IMG/VR virus record: IMGVR_UViG_3300003323_000724
Span: 1-64,000 of that record
Direction: 5' to 3' (one strand)
Source: a virus
Length of the DNA stretch: 64,000 nucleotides
The notes under the pieces were generated by a model. It searched no databases, was not told the origin of the DNA, and saw only the letters and a list, made by a program, of their open reading frames with translations. Positions 18,347 to 28,157 of the stretch are shown here, piece after piece. The position numbers and the translations under genes are program-made. The first letter of the stretch is position 1, and each line of letters starts with the position of its first letter.

Positions 18347-18769
18347 TTATCGCACGAATGGCCCCGTAACACACTCCCACCATTCGGGATTGGGCTTAGG
18401 CAAATCAGACCAAAGAAACTTGTGGGTCGAACGAAACGATGCAACCTCGACTTCTGGCAGCCGGACCCACTCTTTTCGTTTATCAATGCGGAATCGCTTC
18501 CATTGCCGCAACCAGTACGTTTCCAGTCGGCCGACACCATTGGTCGCGATGCTCCAGACGTACTTGAGAACACGGCCAGTGAGGAATTTGTGTCGGCGAA
18601 TGTGGTACAGGATGCGCGCATCCGGGTTGACCGACGCACCAAATTTCCACTCGCCTGTGGATTCACAATTGAGTAAGTAGACCGCGCCCGTGGCGACAGG
18701 CCAATCATACGTCGCGAATGCTTCTGGGCCTTCTGCTCTCACCCTTAATGGATATGGGACGTCCCTCAT
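18347..18769 (-). CDS. T5orf172/MUG113-type GIY-YIG-like nuclease
   Basis: AVYLL......WKFGAS.NP..RI, LE......KRFRI...KEWVRL. Confidence 0.65.
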   Translation of the reverse strand: MRDVPYPLRVRAEGPEAFATYDWPVATGAVYLLNCESTGEWKFGASVNPDARILYHIRRHKFLTGRVLKYVWSIATNGVGRLETYWLRQWKRFRIDKRKEWVRLPEVEVASFRSTHKFLWSDLPKPNPEWWECVTGPFVR

Positions 18770-18963
18770 TTCTTGCTCTCCTTCCGTGCGCGTCGCGAAT
18801 GCTCATGGCTAATTAACTGCAAGAGAACCGTAGTGCGGTTCTCTGGGCGCCCAGCCTCGGCCGCAAATTCCTGTACCAATTCGTCCAGCTTAGCGAGAGA
18901 ATCCGCCGGTATCCGGAATGTGCTTCGCGCGGTTTCGCCGGTCTTTTCTGCGGGCCTTGACAT
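18766..18963 (-). CDS. Ribbon-helix-helix DNA-binding protein
   Basis: Beta strand RSTFRIP then helices SLAKLDELV and NRTTVLLQLI; GGAG Shine-Dalgarno before ATG 18963. Confidence 0.65.
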   Translation of the reverse strand: MSRPAEKTGETARSTFRIPADSLAKLDELVQEFAAEAGRPENRTTVLLQLISHEHSRRARKESKK

Positions 18964-18972
18964 TGTCCACTC

Positions 18973-19063
18973 CTGGCATGACACTGTGCAGACAATATAT
19001 CACACACCCGGAAAAATAAAATCTCCAACTTGTCTTGACACTGTCATGACAGAATGCTATATT
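18973..19063. promoter_or_regulatory. Divergent sigma70-type promoters with palindromic operators
   Basis: Plus strand: TTGACA(19035)-17-TATATT(19058), with the perfect palindrome CTGTCATGACAG (19041-19052) in the spacer. A near copy CTGGCATGACAC lies at 18973-18984, and a minus-strand TGnTATATT near 18994-19002. Confidence 0.7.
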
Positions 19064-19121
19064 TACATCACAGACGCGACGGCCGCACCTGAGACGGCCG
19101 ACGCCAAACGGAGGGGTGACG

Positions 19122-19373
19122 ATGACAACGACAACGAGCGACCTCGGGCGAGAGGCACAAAACCGCGGCTGCAACTTCCACGCGATCTGGGAGCAGTGCT
19201 GCAGCCCGATCTTCCGAGTGGTCACCGAGGAAGGCGAGAACACGGGCGACGCTCAGATTCGCCACTTCCTCGGCCGGCATTGGCTATATGTGGACGACGT
19301 GGACGGGTACGAGATCATGGACGAAAGCGAGGCGAGCAACCTACACCTACTCGCCGAAGAAGAGTCGGAGTGA
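19122..19373 (+). CDS. Small acidic hypothetical protein
   Basis: GGAGG Shine-Dalgarno; downstream of the sigma70 promoter. Confidence 0.6.
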   Translation: MTTTTSDLGREAQNRGCNFHAIWEQCCSPIFRVVTEEGENTGDAQIRHFLGRHWLYVDDVDGYEIMDESEASNLHLLAEEESE

Positions 19374-19572
19374 CTTCATACAGGCACTGAGCGGCATCGG
19401 GGAGCCGGCATCGCCACTCACACGCGACGGCCACACCGGACGCCGCGACACAAGGGGGATGGGACGATGACCGCGACTGCTGACCTGACCAGACTGTTCG
19501 CCGCTCTCGCCGCTCGATCCGGTTTACGATGCGGCCATTTCGCTGCGGGACTGGCAAAGTACAACAAGTAAT

Positions 19573-19600
19573 TTGACTCCTGAAATCCGTGTGGCATAGT
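19573..19600 (+). promoter_or_regulatory. Phage promoter motif copy (TTGACT-N16-CATAGT)
   Basis: Conserved motif. Confidence 0.8.
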
Positions 19601-19626
19601 TGCAACACACTAACCGGGAGGATGAG

Positions 19627-19842
19627 ATGCCGAAGAAAGAGACGACTGCCGCGTACGAACGGTCCTTGTACCAAGAAATCGGAAACTTGCGGGAAGTGGC
19701 CGATCGGGTCAGTTCGGTGTTGTACTTAGTGGATCACGTCGAATCACTGATCGAAGCGATTGAGGAAAACAACCCAAACGTTTTGTTGATTGCTGGGGTG
19801 GTGAAAGGGAGTCTGGAAAAGGCTAAAAAGGCTATTTCTTAA
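19627..19842 (+). CDS. Hypothetical protein
   Basis: GGAGG Shine-Dalgarno after the promoter. Confidence 0.6.
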   Translation: MPKKETTAAYERSLYQEIGNLREVADRVSSVLYLVDHVESLIEAIEENNPNVLLIAGVVKGSLEKAKKAIS

Positions 19843-19864
19843 ATACCTTACCGGAGTCCAAATC

Positions 19865-20140
19865 ATGAGCAAGCGAGACGTTCGGGACGCCCGCAAGGAG
19901 TTCAAGGGGTCCGAGGGAGTCATCGGAGAAGTGTACGGTTCGGAAGGTAAGGACAAGATCGCCGCCGTCCACGCAATTGAAAAGCACCTCGCACGCGACC
20001 TGACCACGGCCGAGTACGTTGAGTTCACTAACGGCTGGCTCGTTGGATGGAACGAGTACGTGGAACGGCAGAAGAAAGCCGAAAAGCAGTTCGACGAAAC
20101 AATTTACCCGGCCCCGGATTTTGGGGAGATCCCGCTGTGA
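19865..20140 (+). CDS. Hypothetical protein
   Basis: GGAG Shine-Dalgarno; operon packing. Confidence 0.6.
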   Translation: MSKRDVRDARKEFKGSEGVIGEVYGSEGKDKIAAVHAIEKHLARDLTTAEYVEFTNGWLVGWNEYVERQKKAEKQFDETIYPAPDFGEIPL

Positions 20141-20805
20141 CACCCGGAACTAAAGTGTTGTGGTGGATGGAATCCCGTCGCGGTTACTGCCCTTCGTGGT
20201 GGGTTCCAGCAACGGTAGTAAAAGTCGGCCCAAAGAAGATTACGATCGATGCAGAATTGACCAAAGGCGGAACCAAACGAATCGCAGTTACGCGAGAGCG
20301 GTTAAAAGTGAGGTAGTTATGTTCGTCGTCAACAAGGGGAATGAATGGTTAACGGAATACGCCACGGGCGGTTTCTACTGGACCATTCTTCGGTCTTGGG
20401 CCAGCAAGTTCAAATCTCGGGCGGAAGCACAGAAAGCAGTTGACGTTTATGGTGGTGAGATTGAGCCTTATCGGGAGGATTGATTCGATGTCCGATGCGT
20501 GCAACTTCGCCCTCGACGTTCAAGAGCTAATGCAAGGCCAACCGACCACGGAGAACGCCGAAGTCCTGTGGGGTTTCCTGCGGAAGTATGACGGGATCAT
20601 TCAGGGCGACAACAAGACCATCGAGTTCCCGGACGGGTCGAACGCGGTGTGGGACGGAACGGGGTTTCAATTGATCGAAATGCAAAGAGGGAGTTGAGAT
20701 GAAACAACAACCAACTTACATTTGCCCTAAGTGCGGTAAGGGCAGTTATTTAATGGGCGGATTGCCAATCTGTTGTCACTGTGGGGCAAAACCACCGAGT
20801 AAGTA

Positions 20806-21699
20806 ATGGACATTCGCGATCTGCTGAGAAGTCTCGGTGTGCCCTTCAAGGAACACACCGAGACTTCTCTCGCTTCCCCAGGATGGATTGCGTGCCCGTG
20901 CCCATACTGTGGTCGTGGGGACAAGTTTGGTCTCGGCATTAATGTCAAAAGTCTTGCGGTCTCATGCTGGAAATGTGGCCAGCATAAGTTAGGACAAGTT
21001 TTATCTGATTGTACTAACACACCACTTCGGGAAATCCTCCCACTGCTCCCCAAGCGGGGCGAGTCGTTAGACTTTACCCCGGTCGAACGGGTAACAGGGA
21101 AATACCTTCCACCCCCAGAAGTAGTCCCGCTCGATCACCCGTCCGCTGTCGCCCACCGCAACTACCTCCGCAAGCGGCGGATCGATCCGGAATGGCTGGC
21201 TGAGCACTACAAGGCTGGGGCGATTGCCGGGGACGGGGGGCACTACCGGTGGCGGATCTTCCTTCCCGTCCTGGACATCCGGGGCAAGCCCGTTTCGTGG
21301 ACCACCCGCGCGATCGGGAAGGGCGTCGAACCCCGGTACTTGTCATCCCCACCGGAACGGGAACTGGTTCCTCTCAAACACACGGTCTATGGCGTCCAGC
21401 ACATTCGTAGCCGTGTTGTGATCTGTGAGGGGCCGTTCTCCAGTTTAGCCGTGGGTCCGGGGGCGATCGCCACTTACGGCTTGTCGTACACCAAGGCTCA
21501 GCTCGGTTGGCTCGCCAAGATCCCGTCCCGGACTGTACTTTTCGATTCGGAGCCAGCCGCGCAGCGCAGGGCACACCAGCTAGCCAACGCCCTAGCTTGT
21601 TTCAGTGGCGAAACCAACATCGTGGAACTGTCCGGACCGGACCCAGCGGAAAGTCCGCTCGAAGAAATAGCGGAACTGCGCGCTCGGTTCCTTGACTGA
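20806..21699 (+). CDS. DNA primase (Zn-finger + TOPRIM)
   Basis: CPYC...CWKC Zn finger, YL.KR.I, RI.LPV...G..VSWT.R, PRYL, VICEGPF, LFDSE. Confidence 0.85.
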   Translation: MDIRDLLRSLGVPFKEHTETSLASPGWIACPCPYCGRGDKFGLGINVKSLAVSCWKCGQHKLGQVLSDCTNTPLREILPLLPKRGESLDFTPVERVTGKYLPPPEVVPLDHPSAVAHRNYLRKRRIDPEWLAEHYKAGAIAGDGGHYRWRIFLPVLDIRGKPVSWTTRAIGKGVEPRYLSSPPERELVPLKHTVYGVQHIRSRVVICEGPFSSLAVGPGAIATYGLSYTKAQLGWLAKIPSRTVLFDSEPAAQRRAHQLANALACFSGETNIVELSGPDPAESPLEEIAELRARFLD

Positions 21700-21717
21700 G
21701 AATTTCCACCACTTCGT

Positions 21718-21745
21718 TTGACTCCGACAATTCATGTTGCATAGT
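21718..21745 (+). promoter_or_regulatory. Phage promoter motif copy (TTGACT-N16-CATAGT)
   Basis: Conserved motif; nearly identical to the 17237 copy. Confidence 0.8.
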
Positions 21746-21777
21746 TGAGCACACGAGACAACTAACCGGAGACAAAG

Positions 21778-22209
21778 ATGAAAATGACACACGAAACGAT
21801 GACTAGTTACTGTGTGATCTGTGGGCAAAAGGGCCAATGGGACGTGTGCCCGGAATGTGCGACTCACAGGGTCCGGATCGTCAATCTCACCCCGCACGCG
21901 GTGACGGTCCAGCGGCCCGACGGGAGCCGCGAAACGTATCCGCCCATTGGTCCGCCCGCTCGGGTGGCCACCCTGCCCAGCACGACCCGCGAGTCGGTCG
22001 AGGGCGTGCCGGTGCAATCACCGGTCGAGTTCGGGGAGGTGGCCGATCTCCCCGAACCGCGTGAGGGTGTCGTCTACCTCGTGTCCATCGTCGTCGGGGC
22101 ACGGGTGCAGCGCGCGGACGTATTCGTCCCGGCCACCGGCCCCAATGATGGGGTCATCCGGGAGAACGGGCAGGTCGTCGCGGTGACACGACTCACCGCG
22201 ACCGTGTAA
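21778..22209 (+). CDS. NLTPH-motif protein (Crn4-like ring nuclease candidate) with N-terminal Zn knuckle
   Basis: IVNLTPH, G..ARV, LPEP.EGV.YLVS..V....R.DV.VP...R..GQV; family assignment from memory of the motif only. Confidence 0.5.
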   Translation: MKMTHETMTSYCVICGQKGQWDVCPECATHRVRIVNLTPHAVTVQRPDGSRETYPPIGPPARVATLPSTTRESVEGVPVQSPVEFGEVADLPEPREGVVYLVSIVVGARVQRADVFVPATGPNDGVIRENGQVVAVTRLTATV

Positions 22210-22559
22210 TGCTCACTTTCGTCCGGCGACCATCTCGGGACACCGGACCGCGGTCACTGCCGCGGGACGGGATCGAGCAGGTTCTCGATCAGATTCACGC
22301 CCAGGTTCAAAAGATCGACAAGTGGATGAACCTGATCGGAACCGTTTCGGAGTGAACCCAATGAGCCAATCAGCCTGCCGCACCTGTGGGAAGAAAATCG
22401 CTTCCAAGTTCCGGTGCGGTGAGTGCCAGTCCGAGATTCGCCGGATCGCGGCACTGCACCAGTGGGCGGCACGTAGGATGAACTGCCCGGCGGACCGGAT
22501 CGGCCGCGAGGAGCGGATTCAGGGACACATTGCGAGAGTTCGGGGAGAGGAAAATTCCA

Positions 22560-22859
22560 ATGGAAGATGAAAAGTGTCCCAAGTGCGGCGAAGAAATGTA
22601 CCGGGACGAGGTGGACGTGGAAGTTGGTGTGATCTGTGGTCCGTGGGGGTGCGGTTATTGCGGCTGGTCATCCGATCCCCGGTACGATTGCAGTGGCGAC
22701 AAGGAATCACCTGCTCAGAGCGAACACCCTGAATGGTACGTGGACCAGTGGGGTGGGATGACTCGAAAATCGGCACTAAAGGAACGCTTGGGTAAATTTG
22801 GAATCGGACCGGAAGTGGTGGACGACGTGTTCGGTCCTGAGCCGGAGAAACAAGAGTGA
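22560..22859 (+). CDS. Small Zn-ribbon protein
   Basis: CPKC...EVDV.VG...GP..C..CGW. Confidence 0.6.
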   Translation: MEDEKCPKCGEEMYRDEVDVEVGVICGPWGCGYCGWSSDPRYDCSGDKESPAQSEHPEWYVDQWGGMTRKSALKERLGKFGIGPEVVDDVFGPEPEKQE

Positions 22860-23437
22860 CCGACACTGAACGCGGGCTGCTCGATTCGATATTGGAGAAC
22901 CCCAAAGATAACACTCCCCGACTGATCTACGCGGACTACTTGGACGAGAACGGGGAACCGGAACACGCCGCGTTCATCCGCGCCCAGATCAACCACAAGT
23001 ACGGGTGGGTGAAGCCCCGGGCGCACCAGATCCGAAAGTGGTTCCGGTGGCCATTCAAGGAACGGATTTACGACACGAATAAAGGCCGAATCGGTAAGTC
23101 TGCCAACTTGGTTTTCAGCAACCAACGAACTGAAGTTTCCCAGCAGTTTGCAATATTCACCGTCGAGCGTGGGTTCGTGGATGAAATTCATGCCTACCCG
23201 AACTTTTTCTATGATTGGGGCTGGAAGGTGTTTCGGAAGTTGCCGGTAGCTGAAATTGGTTTGATCGGTCACCGCGAGTACAGCCATGTTGAAATAGACG
23301 CTCCGGGGGAAGACTACGGATGGCAGGCGTACTACTTTGTTCCCGACCAAGTTGAGTACCACACGGTGAACGGTTGGGAAACTCGGGACGAGATGATCCT
23401 TGGCGTGATCGCGGACATCCGAGAAGCGAACGGGTGA
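22856..23437 (+). CDS. TIGR02996 domain protein
   Basis: GLLDSILENPKDNTPRLIYADYLDENGEPEHAAFIRAQ; ERGFVDEI. Confidence 0.85.
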   Translation: MTDTERGLLDSILENPKDNTPRLIYADYLDENGEPEHAAFIRAQINHKYGWVKPRAHQIRKWFRWPFKERIYDTNKGRIGKSANLVFSNQRTEVSQQFAIFTVERGFVDEIHAYPNFFYDWGWKVFRKLPVAEIGLIGHREYSHVEIDAPGEDYGWQAYYFVPDQVEYHTVNGWETRDEMILGVIADIREANG

Positions 23438-23642
23438 TTTCAGAGTTGAATCGGCCGGACTGGGTGTGTAGTCTTGTCTCAGGCTCGCAAACCAATTTCC
23501 AAATCTACCAACGCAAAGACCGGGATTCGAGTTCCCGGTCTTCCGTTCTCTCAAGGAGATCCATCCAGTGCCGTCCCCGAATTCTAGGAACACCCCGGTC
23601 GGGGTGCAAGCGGAAAATCCAAAACAACGCATTGTTTACGCC

Positions 23643-24374
23643 ATGACCCGCCAAGAGCGGGAACGGTGGCGTGTTCGTGCTGGAGGAATTCCCGACAGTG
23701 AAGCGTTCAGTCCCAATAAGAAAAAGAAATCAAAAAAGATTGTCAAACCAGTCGGGTATAAACCAAAAATCAAATCATCTGGATTTCGTTTTGATAATAA
23801 TCCCTATCTTGATTTGTTTCTTGAAAAGAAAATAACCAGGGGGCAATATTTAATTATTCAAATGATTTTGGAATTTACTTCCAAGGGTATGCTGTTTTTG
23901 CCTAGTAATCAGTACATCGGAGCAACGATAGGGACGACTCCAGAGCACGCTCAAAATGAGATCCACAAGCTACTGAAAAAGAAAATCATAAAGGCGGGGC
24001 GTAGAGGACGGCTGCGAACACTTAACGTTAATTACAACTATGGGCAATGGAAAGAACTCCCAAAATCTCAATCCAAACCGAACCCAAAGAAAGAGCAATT
24101 GCGACAACAGGCCAAGATGCGACTTGTTGCTCAACTTCGTCAGTTGCCGTACAGCGAATACCTTAAAACCGATCACTGGAATGGAATCCGACTGGCTGCT
24201 TTGGCTAGATCTTGGTATCGCTGTCAGTTGTGTTACGCAGGTCGTGAAGTGAAGTTGGATGTTCACCACAGAACCTACGAACGTCGAGGGCGTGAAGCCC
24301 GAGCAGACGTAATCGTTCTTTGTCACCCGTGCCACGAAAAATTTCACGACATTCTTGAAGGGAGCAAGAAATGA
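23643..24374 (+). CDS. HTH + HNH endonuclease
   Basis: PSNQYIGATIG HTH-like segment; YSEYLKT.HW...R......CQLC...LDVHH.TY...LCHPCHEKFH. Confidence 0.8.
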   Translation: MTRQERERWRVRAGGIPDSEAFSPNKKKKSKKIVKPVGYKPKIKSSGFRFDNNPYLDLFLEKKITRGQYLIIQMILEFTSKGMLFLPSNQYIGATIGTTPEHAQNEIHKLLKKKIIKAGRRGRLRTLNVNYNYGQWKELPKSQSKPNPKKEQLRQQAKMRLVAQLRQLPYSEYLKTDHWNGIRLAALARSWYRCQLCYAGREVKLDVHHRTYERRGREARADVIVLCHPCHEKFHDILEGSKK

Positions 24375-25849
24375 CTGCTCCCGAACAACACCAATTTCAA
24401 TTTCGAGGTGTTTGGGTTCCGACCCGAGCTTGTGAAGCATTGCGCCATCGACAGATCGGACACTCGGATCTGGCGTTACTGATCGTCGTAGATGCCTTCT
24501 CTCGGGGGGATGATGGGTGTTTCGCTACCAACCGGTATCTAGCTCGTGAGTTGGGGGTGTCCCAGGATCGAATCACTCGAATTGTGTCAAAGTTGGTGAA
24601 GTTGAAATTGCTCAGTTCCACAGGATTACGGGAATTGCGAGTTCTTCGGACGATTTGGTCCCAAATTCCCGACTCAGGTGATCCTGTAGGTGTTTCACAC
24701 CGGGAGGGGGTATCGGTGCCGGACACCGATACAGTAAAGAGTAAAACAATCAAACACCCTAAGAAGAAAATACAAAAACCAAAGACAGTCCGGACTGGCG
24801 TCCGTGACATACGCGGTTCTTCCGGTTGTTCTGGACGAGACCCTAAGACCGTTCCCATTCCGGACCAAGGATCAAGCACCGCCTCGTTCAATTGGCCTTC
24901 GGCCTCAGAAAGTGGCCTAGCTTCGTCTAGGATCGGCGATCGACCGTCCCGACAGGTAAGTGGTCAGCCGGAGAACAAATCTCGCCGGAGAACGAATAGT
25001 GCGATTCCCGTCGTAGGGGCTTCGCCCAATCGAAACGAACAACACCCCTCGAACGCTCAAGAGGCTTCCACTGTGGACTGCATCGAAATCAACCCGTTGG
25101 TCGCGCCGCTTTTCGCCAAAGAATGGGTAAATAGGAGCCAGAAACTAGCTAAATCTCTCGTCTCGAAGGGTCGATTAACCGGGTCGTACAGCTTAACCAA
25201 ATGGGCCGACGAGTTTGGAATTCTCGAAAGGTTGCTCAAACTCGACAAGACCATTAGTGACCCGGCGGCTTTGGTGGATAAAGTGCTTTGCTGGTATGTA
25301 AACAACATCGGTGGAACGGTGATCGGGCGACCGGTTCCCGACGCCCGATCCGCTTCAGGTTTTCGCTGTAAGTTCAGCGCAATTCGAGCCAGTTACGAAA
25401 TTTCGTTACGGACGGGAACACCCGAACCTGTTGCGGTTTCCAAAGAATCCCAAACGATTTTGGATTCGATTACAACTCTGGCGTGGACCAAAGGGTCCGA
25501 AGCTCAACTCCCAACCGCTGTTGAGCAGTCTGTTAAGAACTTCAAAGAGTTCACGTCGAAGTTGTGTTCGGCCGAAATACCCAAGAGATTGGAAGGGTAT
25601 CGAGACACGATAAGTGCCGAGTTGGGAGGAGTGGAGGACACCCTAATTCACTGGTTCCGTTCTGTTTGGAAATCGAAACACAACTGGAAGGATTGGTCCG
25701 GCAGTCTCAGTTCATCGATCTGGTCCACTATGAACAAGGAAGTTGTTGCTCGGATCAAAGCGGCCCTTACTCGGTACACCTGCGATCCGAACAGTCCCGC
25801 TTGGGACGATCTGCTCGCGGCCGTTTGTTCCGAGCAGAGGGGCAAGTGA
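24371..25849 (+). CDS. Replication initiator-like protein (N-terminal HTH)
   Basis: CFATNRYLARELGVS...ITRIVSKLVK..LL; long low-complexity linker; directly upstream of the DnaB-like helicase. Confidence 0.6.
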   Translation: MTAPEQHQFQFRGVWVPTRACEALRHRQIGHSDLALLIVVDAFSRGDDGCFATNRYLARELGVSQDRITRIVSKLVKLKLLSSTGLRELRVLRTIWSQIPDSGDPVGVSHREGVSVPDTDTVKSKTIKHPKKKIQKPKTVRTGVRDIRGSSGCSGRDPKTVPIPDQGSSTASFNWPSASESGLASSRIGDRPSRQVSGQPENKSRRRTNSAIPVVGASPNRNEQHPSNAQEASTVDCIEINPLVAPLFAKEWVNRSQKLAKSLVSKGRLTGSYSLTKWADEFGILERLLKLDKTISDPAALVDKVLCWYVNNIGGTVIGRPVPDARSASGFRCKFSAIRASYEISLRTGTPEPVAVSKESQTILDSITTLAWTKGSEAQLPTAVEQSVKNFKEFTSKLCSAEIPKRLEGYRDTISAELGGVEDTLIHWFRSVWKSKHNWKDWSGSLSSSIWSTMNKEVVARIKAALTRYTCDPNSPAWDDLLAAVCSEQRGK

Positions 25850-25853
25850 GATT

Positions 25854-27245
25854 ATGAAATCGACTACCGTTCGGACCGGAACGAGCGAGCGGCAAGTTAT
25901 TGTGGCGATGATTACGCACAAGACGTTTCTTGCCACGATCGCTTCTCGGTGGAAACGAAACCTATTTCCGTCCCCGTGGGCAAACATCATTGCCGGTTGG
26001 TGCGTGGAGCACGTCAGGAAGTACGACGCGGCCCCACAACTGAAGATCCGAAATTACTTCGAGGAGTGGGCGACACGGGACGGGGACAAAGACACGATTT
26101 CTTTGGTGGAACAACTGCTTCTAGATGTTTCGCAGGAACATCAAAGAAGCGGGCATGAGTTGGATCAGATTCAGTACCTTCTGGACAAGGCGCAAGAACT
26201 GTTTGACGGGCACAGCGCTAACGATTTGGGTCAACAGCTCCAAGTTTTGGCCGGAAAAGGGGACGTAAAGACGGCGCGGGAGTTAATTGAAGGGTGGCGG
26301 CGGGTTGAGGTGGGGGTCGGGACCGGGATCAAAGTTCTAAGCGAGCGGGCCGCTTGGGACATGATGTTCGAGGAGAGCACGGAGAATCTAATTGAGTATC
26401 CGGACGCACTGGGAAACTTTTACAAAGGTGCGTTAGTAAGAGACTGTTTTATATCATATATGGGAAAAGAAAAGATAGGAAAATCGTACATACTTCAGGA
26501 TAATGCCTGGAACGCTGTAAAACAAAGGAGAAAAGTGGCTTATTTCGAGATCGGGGATTCGAGTCAGTCACAAGTCTTGTCTCGATTTGCGGTGCGCATT
26601 TGCGGCCGACCGTTTAAAGAGGGCCGATATGATGTTCCGACTCGGATGGAACCTTCTAGTGGGGGCCGTCAGATTCCAGCGATCGAACGGAAGTTGAAGA
26701 CGTTCAAAACGGGAATATGTCCAGAGCAGTTACACGAGAAGCGATTAGAGTTTTTGGAAGAGGTTGGGGATAATTGGAGGCTGTCCTGTCATCCTAATTC
26801 GTCCATCAGCGTTACCGGAATCGCGTCCATTGTTGAAACGTGGCAACGGGACGACTGGACGCCGGACGTTTTGGTAATCGACTACGCGGACATCCTCGCC
26901 CCGCTCAGCGGGAAAGACGAGAAACGAGACCAGATCAACGAATCGTGGAAAGCAATGCGGGCGCTGTCCCAAAAACTGCACTGCCTTGTTATAACTGCGA
27001 CTCAAACTGACACGGACAGTTACAGTGCGTGGATTTTGAATCGGGGCAATTTCAGCGAGGACAAGAGGAAGTACGCCCACGTCAACGGGATGATTGGGAT
27101 CAACCAGACCGATGACGAGAAAAAGCAGCACGTTTACCGGTTGAACTGGGTTGCACTCCGAGCTTTAGATTTTCAGGAATCGAAGTGCTGTTGGTGCGTC
27201 GGGGAGATGGGCCACGGGAACCCTTTTATGCTCAGTACGTTTTGA
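25854..27245 (+). CDS. DnaB-like replicative helicase
   Basis: GKEKIGKS (Walker A), VAYFEI, LVIDYADIL (Walker B), LRALS...C.VITATQ. Confidence 0.85.
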   Translation: MKSTTVRTGTSERQVIVAMITHKTFLATIASRWKRNLFPSPWANIIAGWCVEHVRKYDAAPQLKIRNYFEEWATRDGDKDTISLVEQLLLDVSQEHQRSGHELDQIQYLLDKAQELFDGHSANDLGQQLQVLAGKGDVKTARELIEGWRRVEVGVGTGIKVLSERAAWDMMFEESTENLIEYPDALGNFYKGALVRDCFISYMGKEKIGKSYILQDNAWNAVKQRRKVAYFEIGDSSQSQVLSRFAVRICGRPFKEGRYDVPTRMEPSSGGRQIPAIERKLKTFKTGICPEQLHEKRLEFLEEVGDNWRLSCHPNSSISVTGIASIVETWQRDDWTPDVLVIDYADILAPLSGKDEKRDQINESWKAMRALSQKLHCLVITATQTDTDSYSAWILNRGNFSEDKRKYAHVNGMIGINQTDDEKKQHVYRLNWVALRALDFQESKCCWCVGEMGHGNPFMLSTF

Positions 27246-27864
27246 AAAGGACCAACGATGGAAGTTATCGAAATTGATCCGGAAGTAGACGGCTGGAATG
27301 GTTCTTGGAACAAGCTGTTTTCAAAAATCAAGAAACAGCTTCCTTTGGAAACGAGAACCGAAAAATACGCCGCGATCGTGACAACCATTATGACTTTCGA
27401 TTCGGGTAACCTGAGAACCAAGATTGGCGCAGATGAATTTCTTTACGTGACGTGGGCACCTGCGAAGCAAAACCAGTTTCCCAAAGCGGTTGTTTGGTAT
27501 GCACTGAAGCACGAAGGAGACGTGAAATGAACCAGAAGCCGAAGAAGAAAAAGTGGAGTCCACCCAAGCCGGAAATCGAACCGCTGCCCGAAGTGGTGCC
27601 GACGTGTCGCCAGTTCTTCACCCAAGCGTGCCCTCACTGCTCCGGGACGGGCACCACGGCCCACACCCCGGGCGGATGGTGGATCGATTGGCACTATCAG
27701 GACTGTCACGAGCAGGAAGGGCCGCTGACCAAAACCCAAGCAATCAAGACGATTTGTCAGCACAAGGACGGATCGTGCCGTCCGACCCTCATTGGTCCGG
27801 ACGGCACGGTTTACGAGATCCCGGAACTGGAAAAGAGAAAATCGAAGAAATCACGCGGGGCGAT

Positions 27865-27892
27865 TTGACAGGTTCGATTCGTGTGGCATAGT
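27865..27892 (+). promoter_or_regulatory. Phage promoter motif copy (TTGACA-N16-CATAGT)
   Basis: Conserved motif. Confidence 0.8.
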
Positions 27893-27932
27893 TGAGCACC
27901 GAAGACGACAAACACGAACCGGAGACAAAGAA

Positions 27933-28157
27933 ATGCAAAATGACGAGATGCGGGAATTGCTGTCGAAGGGACCAACCAAAGACTCTCGATGGATTCACAA
28001 GAAGGGCGGAATTTATCGAGTAGTCACGACCGCCCTTAACGAATCAACTCTTGATGTGGTTGTGGTTTACACCAACGAACAGTATGGGGTCACTTGGATT
28101 AGACCACTTGCGGAATTTATGGATGGGCGATTCATACGACTGGACGGAGGGGTTTAA
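27933..28157 (+). CDS. DUF1653-like protein
   Basis: W.HKKGG.Y.V...A..E.T....VVY......TWIRPL.EF..GRF. Confidence 0.75.
   Translation: MQNDEMRELLSKGPTKDSRWIHKKGGIYRVVTTALNESTLDVVVVYTNEQYGVTWIRPLAEFMDGRFIRLDGGV

Larger units (their letters stand above)
18115..19555. mobile_element. Inserted 1.4-kb block bounded by a diverged 41-bp direct repeat (18115-18155 / 19515-19555)
   Basis: 33/41 nt identical, mismatches mostly synonymous (DPVYDAAVSLRDW vs DPVYDAAISLRDW). The block carries a GIY-YIG-like nuclease, an RHH regulator and its own promoters. Confidence 0.6.
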
